From NCBI GenBank assembly GCA_963663865.1, contig OY760686.1, positions 1,728,001 through 1,792,000 on the forward strand: DNA of 64,000 nucleotides. Reading direction: 5' to 3'. A program made the position numbers and the translations under genes. The stretch comes from Spirochaetota bacterium. GTDB lineage: Bacteria > Spirochaetota > UBA4802 > UBA5550. Below, piece by piece: positions 57,560 through 64,000 of the stretch. The stretch's first letter is position 1; every line of letters begins with the position of its first letter. Below the pieces are notes generated by a model that worked only from the letters and a program-made list of their open reading frames with translations, made no database searches and had not been told where the DNA came from.

Positions 57560-59122
57560 TCATTCTATGATTTTATAATTTTTTTTCCGAAATATTCGGA
57601 TACAAGCATCAACAACTGTATGATCATACAAAATGCCGCGCTGCGAAATGATTTCCTTCAGTGCGGATTGAATTCCCAATGCAGGTCTATACGGTCGATG
57701 CGATGCCATTGCTTCAACAACATCTGCGACAGCAAGAATTTTAGATTCTAAAATCAGTTCATCGCCTTTAAGGCCCAGCGGGTAGCCGGAACCGTCCATG
57801 CGCTCATGGTGTTGAGCAATTATTTTAGCAATAGGCCATGGGAAATATACATTCTTTAATATATTAAGACCAATGTTTACATGCTCTTTAATCAAGCCAT
57901 ATTCAATTTCGCTTAGACGTGTTGACTTAACAAGTATCTCTGCTGGAATGCCTATTTTCCCTACATCATGAATGGTTGCAGCAAGCAGAAGACCCTGAAT
58001 TCGGTCTTCGGACAGTTCAATTTCTTCTCCAATTCTTTTACATATGTCAGCAACACGACGTTGATGACCCGCTGTATATGAATCTCTTTGGCCAATGGTC
58101 TCGGCGATTACTTGAATTGTCTGTTCAAGGCTTAAAATCAATTGCTCCTGATGCTTAGCCTTTGATATTGCTGTTCTAAGCGCTTTGATGCCATAAGATA
58201 AATCAGCCGCGAATTCCTGTAGAAGTTTTAGCTCGGGGGATGACCAAACATTATATATAGAACCATACAGTATTAAACAGTATCTTTGATCTTCAGGAAG
58301 GTAAAAAGGAATAACTATTAATGAGTTTACTCCATTCTCTAATGCTTCTTCACGCCATGTTTCCATTGTAGGATCAGTTGCAATATTCTCACAAACTTGA
58401 ACATCCATTGTCTTGATTGAACGGCTGATTGGGCAATCACCTACTTCGCTATCATCCCAACTTATACTTTTAAAACCCCAAAAATATTCTTTATCGCCAT
58501 AATAAGCTATAGGTTTCACAATTTTATCATTATTATTCTCCGCGAAACCGATCCATGCCATTACATATCCACCTGTTTCAACAGAGATGCGGCAGTATTC
58601 ATTAAGCAAATTTTGCTCGGTCTCTGCTTCAAGTATAGCAACATTACCTTCGCTAAGAATCTTCAATGCTCTTGTTGTTACTTTCAAAGCTATTTCTGCG
58701 ATATTACGCTTGGTATTATCTCGAATATTGCATTGAATTATATCAATACCATCACAGTCATAAACATTGCTAATAAACTCAACTGACACATGTCGTCCGT
58801 CTTTTGTCTCTAATGGAAGATCATCATATCGGATATAATTATTTTTCTGTAGTTCCGCAAAAGCATCAATTGTTAAAGAGGTATTTTTAAAAGGGCCAAT
58901 TTCCCACAGTTTTTTACCTAATAATTCATCTCGAGTATAGTTTAGCATTTTAATAAGATAGGGATTTATATCATCGATTACTGCAGTTTTACCGTTTAAA
59001 ATAAGGATGCCATCACACGCAGTTTCAAATAATCGACGATAACGTATTTCGGAGAAACGCAATTTGTTTTTAAGATCAATGCTGTCTGATGGCGATTGCA
59101 AATTTTTAATTTTATTTTTCAT
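57560..59122 (-). CDS. PAS-GAF-HD-GYP cyclic dinucleotide phosphodiesterase
   Basis: PAS (YRRLFETA..CNIRD), GAF, YTAGHQRRV, HDVGK, HHERMDGSGYP, HRPYR. Confidence 0.93.
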   Translation of the reverse strand: MKNKIKNLQSPSDSIDLKNKLRFSEIRYRRLFETACDGILILNGKTAVIDDINPYLIKMLNYTRDELLGKKLWEIGPFKNTSLTIDAFAELQKNNYIRYDDLPLETKDGRHVSVEFISNVYDCDGIDIIQCNIRDNTKRNIAEIALKVTTRALKILSEGNVAILEAETEQNLLNEYCRISVETGGYVMAWIGFAENNNDKIVKPIAYYGDKEYFWGFKSISWDDSEVGDCPISRSIKTMDVQVCENIATDPTMETWREEALENGVNSLIVIPFYLPEDQRYCLILYGSIYNVWSSPELKLLQEFAADLSYGIKALRTAISKAKHQEQLILSLEQTIQVIAETIGQRDSYTAGHQRRVADICKRIGEEIELSEDRIQGLLLAATIHDVGKIGIPAEILVKSTRLSEIEYGLIKEHVNIGLNILKNVYFPWPIAKIIAQHHERMDGSGYPLGLKGDELILESKILAVADVVEAMASHRPYRPALGIQSALKEIISQRGILYDHTVVDACIRIFRKKNYKIIE

Positions 59123-59736
59123 ATAATCCCCTTATTGTTTAATGAATGTATGATTGTATAAATATATCTGTGAATGGTTGAATAATGAAGAATAGAGTGT
59201 AAATGCTATAGATCATTGTTCCTTGGGTATTTACGATGGTTTTTACAAAAATAATGGATAAGGACTTAAAATGGGATTATAACTGCTGTCTAAACAAATG
59301 GAATCTTCTAAAGATTAAATCAAGCTAGAATAATCTAATCGATATGCTGTGCGATAGACCCTTCCTGCCGAGCCTGCTTCAGTTTTCATTCGCTCTTATT
59401 ACGTACAGCTGGCCTGCTGATATATATAATCGAATATTATTTATAACTACTACCAGTATAATAGCTATTGTGGATATACTGTTCAACATAATTTCTATGA
59501 TTTTTAACACTTTTGCAATGACAATACCGGCTGTAGGATAGTAGTGCTGCGTTTCTGTCAAACACTGCAAACCGCATAGTTTTGCTCTTTATATCAGGTA
59601 GTTCGCTGGGTGCCGGAAAATATTGGGAAAGATTTTGTATGCTGTTAAGGAAAAATATTGTGGGAGTGAGCGGGAAAAGGGAAGTAATCTACCATCCGAC
59701 AGCCGGAAAAGCTGGGGATGATAGATTACTGTTATG

Positions 59737-59809
59737 GGTGGATGACGGGATTCGAACCCGCGACAACTGGAACCACAATCCAGGGCTCTACCGCTGAACT
59801 ACATCCACC
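59737..59809 (-). tRNA. tRNA-His(GTG)
   Basis: G-1 plus GTGGATG/CATCCAC acceptor, C73, CTGGA-TTGTGGT-TCCAG anticodon arm, GCGGG-TTCGAAT-CCCGT T arm. Confidence 0.95.
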
Positions 59810-60383
59810 ATCTATGTAAACAGGAAAAGTGGCCTAAAAGCCCTCCTGTAAGACAATAAGTCCATTTATTCTGCTGGATGACATTTGTCAATTATTTTTG
59901 AAGAGAGTTTGCCTTCAATTGGAGCCTGCCTCTTGGAGTGTATTTTCTCTGGCCTGAGTGCAGCAATGGCAGTCAGCGTATTCCCGGGGGAGAGGCGGCT
60001 TTGAGGTTGTTGAGCTTTCGGAAGAGGGGTGTTTATATTGAGACCTCCATGTTCTCTGAATAAAGCTTTAACTGAACTTCAAAAAACGAATTCAGAATAA
60101 TTTATGACTGCCCATAAAAATAATAATTTATGAATTGTATGATATTATTCAAATTATGAAAAAAAATTTGTTTAAAATGCATTCTCAAATCCCGTCCCAT
60201 TGCATAACCCCTTTTAACTGGTGTTTACTCTTTTGCGATTAAAATATTTATTTTGCAACCATAGAATGGAATTTATGTCTTTATAGTTAAATCAAACATT
60301 TTCAAAAATCTTTTTCCAAATTCTCTCTTTTCTTCTGTCATTCGTTTTTTAATCACTTATTAAGTTTCATAGAGAGGCACTGT

Positions 60384-62138
60384 ATGAAGAACATATTAAT
60401 GGTTTACCCGGAATTTCCGACTACATATTGGAGCATGAAGTACTCACTCCCGTTTATCAGGAAAAAGGCTGCGACTATTCCACTGGGGCTATTAACCGTA
60501 GCGGCGCTTTTACCGGATGATTATTCAGTTAAGCTGATAGATATGAATGTTAACGAACTCAAAAAGACGGATATTCTGGAAGCGGATTTGGTTTTTATAT
60601 CCGCTATGATTGCTCAGAAATCTTCTTTTGATAGTGTTGTAGCGCTATGTAACCAGATGAATGTACCCGTTGTTGCTGGAGGTCCATATCCAACCTCATC
60701 TTTTGAAAAAATTACCGGTGTTAATCATTTTGTACTCAACGAAGCTGAGATTACGCTGCCTCCTTTTATTAAAGATTATGAGGAGGGAAGAGCGGCAGGT
60801 GTGTACATGAATACAGAAAAACCGGATATCAGAAAAACACCTCCGCCTCGCTTCGATTTAATAGATTTCAGCAACTACAACAATATTGCTCTCCAATACT
60901 CCAGAGGATGTCCGTTTAACTGTGAATTTTGTGATATTATTGAGTTGTTTGGAAGGACTCCAAGGTTTAAAGATACTGATCAATTCATCCATGAAATGGA
61001 TCTGGTCTACAGGCATGGATTCAGAGGCTCGCTTTTTGTTGTGGATGATAACTTTATTGGCAACAATAAAAAGGTTAAGGATTTGCTTGGTGCTATAATT
61101 GCCTGGCAGCGGGAAAACAACTATCCATTTTCTCTTTTTACAGAGGCGAGTATCAATCTTGCGGAGGATGATGAATTGTTGAGCCTCATGGCCGAAGCAG
61201 GATTTGATATGGTTTTTGTGGGGATAGAAACTCCTGATAAAGAATCCTTAAAGAACTGCGGGAAAAATCAGAATCTGAAGGTTGATCTAATGGAGAGTGT
61301 AGAGAAAATCCAGAGAGCGGGGATTGAAGTGACCGGGGGATTTATAGTAGGGTTTGATGATGACACTTCAGACATTTATGACAGACAGATTGCGTTCATT
61401 CAGAGAGCCGGCATTTCGATGGCAATGGTCGGGATACTGGGAGCACTTCCGAATACTCAGCTCTACAGACGTCTTATGAAAGAGGGAAGGATAAAAACAG
61501 ATAATCCATTTTCAGGAAATAATACCCATAATCTCCAGATGAGCTTCACGCCTGTCATGTCCGAAAAATCCATAATTGAGGGTTATAAGAAAATACTATC
61601 TGAAATATACAGCCCTGGAAATTACTTTGATCGGTGCTATACTCTTCTCGAACGGTTACCTGCAGACAAATCAAAAGCAGTAAGGCGTGTAAAGGCAGTT
61701 CAGATAAGAGCGTTATTTCTTTCACTCATAAAACAGACATTTTCTTCATATTCACTGAGTTATCTCAGGTTCCTCTTGCGCGTCATTGTCCATCAAAAAA
61801 AGCATTTTGTGTTGGCAATAGAACATGCTATAAAGGGTTATCACTTTTTTGTTATTACTAAAAACATTATCAAGGCCGATGAGCTGTCATCAGTATTTGA
61901 AAATGCAAAAAAAACAATAAAAGACTCTTTTGAATCAATTATTTCAAACAGCGCTGTCCAGGTTGGCGGATTGATAAAAGAATTCAGGTATCTGGAGAAG
62001 ATTAAAAATAAACTTGAGAGAAAATATCGTCGTCTGAATATTGATATTCAACAGAATCTTCATGATGAATTTCAGGAGTTTATAAATACTTTTAATTACT
62101 ATTTATCCAGAATGGATAAAGTGATGAGTTTTCAATAA
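60384..62138 (+). CDS. B12-binding-domain radical SAM protein (DUF4070 type)
   Basis: PLGLLTVAA, VAGGPYPT, SRGCPFNCEFC, VDDNF, GFIVGFD. Confidence 0.92.
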   Translation: MKNILMVYPEFPTTYWSMKYSLPFIRKKAATIPLGLLTVAALLPDDYSVKLIDMNVNELKKTDILEADLVFISAMIAQKSSFDSVVALCNQMNVPVVAGGPYPTSSFEKITGVNHFVLNEAEITLPPFIKDYEEGRAAGVYMNTEKPDIRKTPPPRFDLIDFSNYNNIALQYSRGCPFNCEFCDIIELFGRTPRFKDTDQFIHEMDLVYRHGFRGSLFVVDDNFIGNNKKVKDLLGAIIAWQRENNYPFSLFTEASINLAEDDELLSLMAEAGFDMVFVGIETPDKESLKNCGKNQNLKVDLMESVEKIQRAGIEVTGGFIVGFDDDTSDIYDRQIAFIQRAGISMAMVGILGALPNTQLYRRLMKEGRIKTDNPFSGNNTHNLQMSFTPVMSEKSIIEGYKKILSEIYSPGNYFDRCYTLLERLPADKSKAVRRVKAVQIRALFLSLIKQTFSSYSLSYLRFLLRVIVHQKKHFVLAIEHAIKGYHFFVITKNIIKADELSSVFENAKKTIKDSFESIISNSAVQVGGLIKEFRYLEKIKNKLERKYRRLNIDIQQNLHDEFQEFINTFNYYLSRMDKVMSFQ

Positions 62139-62206
62139 ACCATGATTTTACAGGGACAGTCAGTACTCCTTTTGCAAAATGATCTGAGAGGTTATGTCTG
62201 ACATTT

Positions 62207-63826
62207 TCACTTCAGCTCCCCGATTTTTATAAGCAAAGTGGCCTCATAGGGTTGAAGCTGAAAGTACAATGCTGAAAGGTGACAGTTTACATGCCTGTGA
62301 GTTGACAGCAATACCTTCCACTGGGCCTTCCTGTTCAGTCTGACCTCTTTTTTACGGGAAGTGAAGTTAAGGACGACAAGGACAGACTCCTCGCCGTTTT
62401 TTCTGAAGTAAGCAAGAACGCCCCTCCTGCCTTTCAATACGGGTTTCCATTCTCCCATGTAAAGGGCTCTGTGTTTTTTTCTTGCGGCTATAAGCCTTTT
62501 ATACCAGTTGAGAAGTGAGTATGAGTCCTTCAATTGCGAGCTGACATTGGCCTTCCTGTAGTCGGAGCCGATAGGCAGCCACATTTTGCCGTTTGTGAAG
62601 CCTGCGCTTTTTCCGCCATTCCATTGCATCGGGCTGCGGGCCTGGTCTCGTCCTGAGTAAAAAGGCCAGAAGCGTTTCCCCAGCGGGTCCTGTATGTTTT
62701 TTCTGGACAGCTTTACGTTCTTCATTCCTGTCTCTTCGCCGTAGTAAACGAAGGGCGTTCCTTTCAGTGTCAGGAGAAGGGCTGCCGCAACATAGGCCCT
62801 TTTATCGGCATCCTTTCCGTTGCCTAGCCTGCTTATGCTGCGCGACTGGTCATGATTGGACAGGACATGGCAGGGCCAGCCTTTTTCCGGAATAGACTTC
62901 ATCCACCTCTTGATTGCGCGATAATAACGTCTCGCGTTCCATAACCGGTAAATAAGGGAAAAGTCAAATGCCAGATGGAGCTCATCCTCCCCATTTCCAA
63001 GAAAACGGGCAGACAGATTCGGATTGCCGGGCGGTAGAGTGAAAACCTCACCAACTGAAAATCTGTCAGGATAGCTGTTGAGCAGTGTACGTAAATCCCT
63101 TAATATCTCATGGTTTTCCGGCCTGTTGCGGTCATAGATGTGCTTTTGTATATAGTCGAAGAATAGAATACAGGGATTGTTTCTGAACAGGCGGTCTTTA
63201 ACGAACCAGTTGACCACATCCAGACGAAAGCCGTCAACCCCCCGGTCGAGCCAGAAACGGACCTCATCAAATACCGCTTCTTTGACCTGAGGATTAAGCC
63301 AGTTGATGTCAGGCTGCTCGGGCAGAAACGAGTGCAAGTAATACTGCGAGGTGTGCTCATCCCATTCCCATGCCGAACCGCCGAAAGAAGACCGCCAGTT
63401 ATTCGGCCTCTTCCTGCGATGACCATCTCTCCAGATGTACCAGTCCCGCTTCGGGTTTTTTTTCGATGAACGTGAAGCTAAAAACCACGGGTGAAGGTGA
63501 GAAGTATGATTGATTACCAGATCCAGAATGACACGGATATCTCTTTTATGCGCCTCATCTACCAGATGGTCAAAATCACCCTGTGAGCCGAATACAGGAT
63601 CGATATCTCTGTAATCGCTGATGTCGTAACCGAAATCATACATTGGAGAAGTGTTAATCGGAGAAAGCCATACCGCGTCAAATCCCATATCTCTGATATA
63701 GTCAAGTTTCTGAATTATTCCAGGAATATCGCCGATTCCGTCATCATTGGAATCATAGAAGCTTCGGGGGTATATCTGGTAAATAACTCCGTGTTTCCAC
63801 CACACCCAATCGTATTTAGTCTTCAT
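62207..63826 (-). CDS. GH13 alpha-glucosidase/oligo-1,6-glucosidase
   Basis: YQIYPRSF, DLVINHTS, DGFRLDV, GE, SNHD. Confidence 0.95.
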   Translation of the reverse strand: MKTKYDWVWWKHGVIYQIYPRSFYDSNDDGIGDIPGIIQKLDYIRDMGFDAVWLSPINTSPMYDFGYDISDYRDIDPVFGSQGDFDHLVDEAHKRDIRVILDLVINHTSHLHPWFLASRSSKKNPKRDWYIWRDGHRRKRPNNWRSSFGGSAWEWDEHTSQYYLHSFLPEQPDINWLNPQVKEAVFDEVRFWLDRGVDGFRLDVVNWFVKDRLFRNNPCILFFDYIQKHIYDRNRPENHEILRDLRTLLNSYPDRFSVGEVFTLPPGNPNLSARFLGNGEDELHLAFDFSLIYRLWNARRYYRAIKRWMKSIPEKGWPCHVLSNHDQSRSISRLGNGKDADKRAYVAAALLLTLKGTPFVYYGEETGMKNVKLSRKNIQDPLGKRFWPFYSGRDQARSPMQWNGGKSAGFTNGKMWLPIGSDYRKANVSSQLKDSYSLLNWYKRLIAARKKHRALYMGEWKPVLKGRRGVLAYFRKNGEESVLVVLNFTSRKKEVRLNRKAQWKVLLSTHRHVNCHLSALYFQLQPYEATLLIKIGELK

Positions 63827-64000
63827 TATTTATCATTACAGCGTGAGTATTTCATATCATCTGTGTAATATTTCTTGATGCTTGGCGTTTCAATAACATT
63901 CTTACATTTAAAGATATGTCTGTAAGGATGAAATAAATAAAATATTTGGATTTTGTTACTTTGTTAATATGAGTATTTTTCATTGACCCATGTGTTTTTA

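Noticed and set aside
59520-59620. Degenerate c-di-GMP-I riboswitch upstream of the HD-GYP gene (GCAAAACTATGCGG...ACAGCCGG on the minus strand)
   Set aside because: No GNRA tetraloop stem and no convincing P1 pairing. An Infernal RF01051 search would settle it.

Overview
Gene-dense bacterial chromosome segment, almost entirely housekeeping. The gene content (flgG-flgA-flgH-flgI-short flgJ, proA-nadD-LCP-rsfS, PP2C and FGE-domain proteins, an RRM protein) suggests a Leptospira-related spirochaete; this is inference only. About 50 CDS are present, including rel, maf, rlmL-like, cysE, oppABC, rlmN, PBP1A, prfB, fliS, purC, gatB, proA, nadD, degP, an MCP, ldhA, an HD-GYP protein and a GH13 glucosidase. 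There are two tRNAs (Thr-CGT, His-GTG). I saw no rRNA, CRISPR array, integrase or transposase. The accessory signal is concentrated at 10.4-12.4 kb, where an AT-rich higBA cassette sits between two diverged ~100-130 bp hairpin-bearing direct repeats inside a field of REP/MITE-like palindromes. The other main leads are: (1) a single-domain FlgJ followed by a SpoIID-type lytic transglycosylase; (2) a degenerate hybrid histidine kinase coupled to a phosphatase at the tail of an ATPase-less opp operon; (3) an orphan cluster of DnaA-box-like motifs at 24.83-24.88 kb; (4) sigma28-like promoters ahead of a LysM-M23 peptidase and fliS; (5) Pho-box-like repeats ahead of a porin. All calls come from reading motifs by eye; no database search was run.
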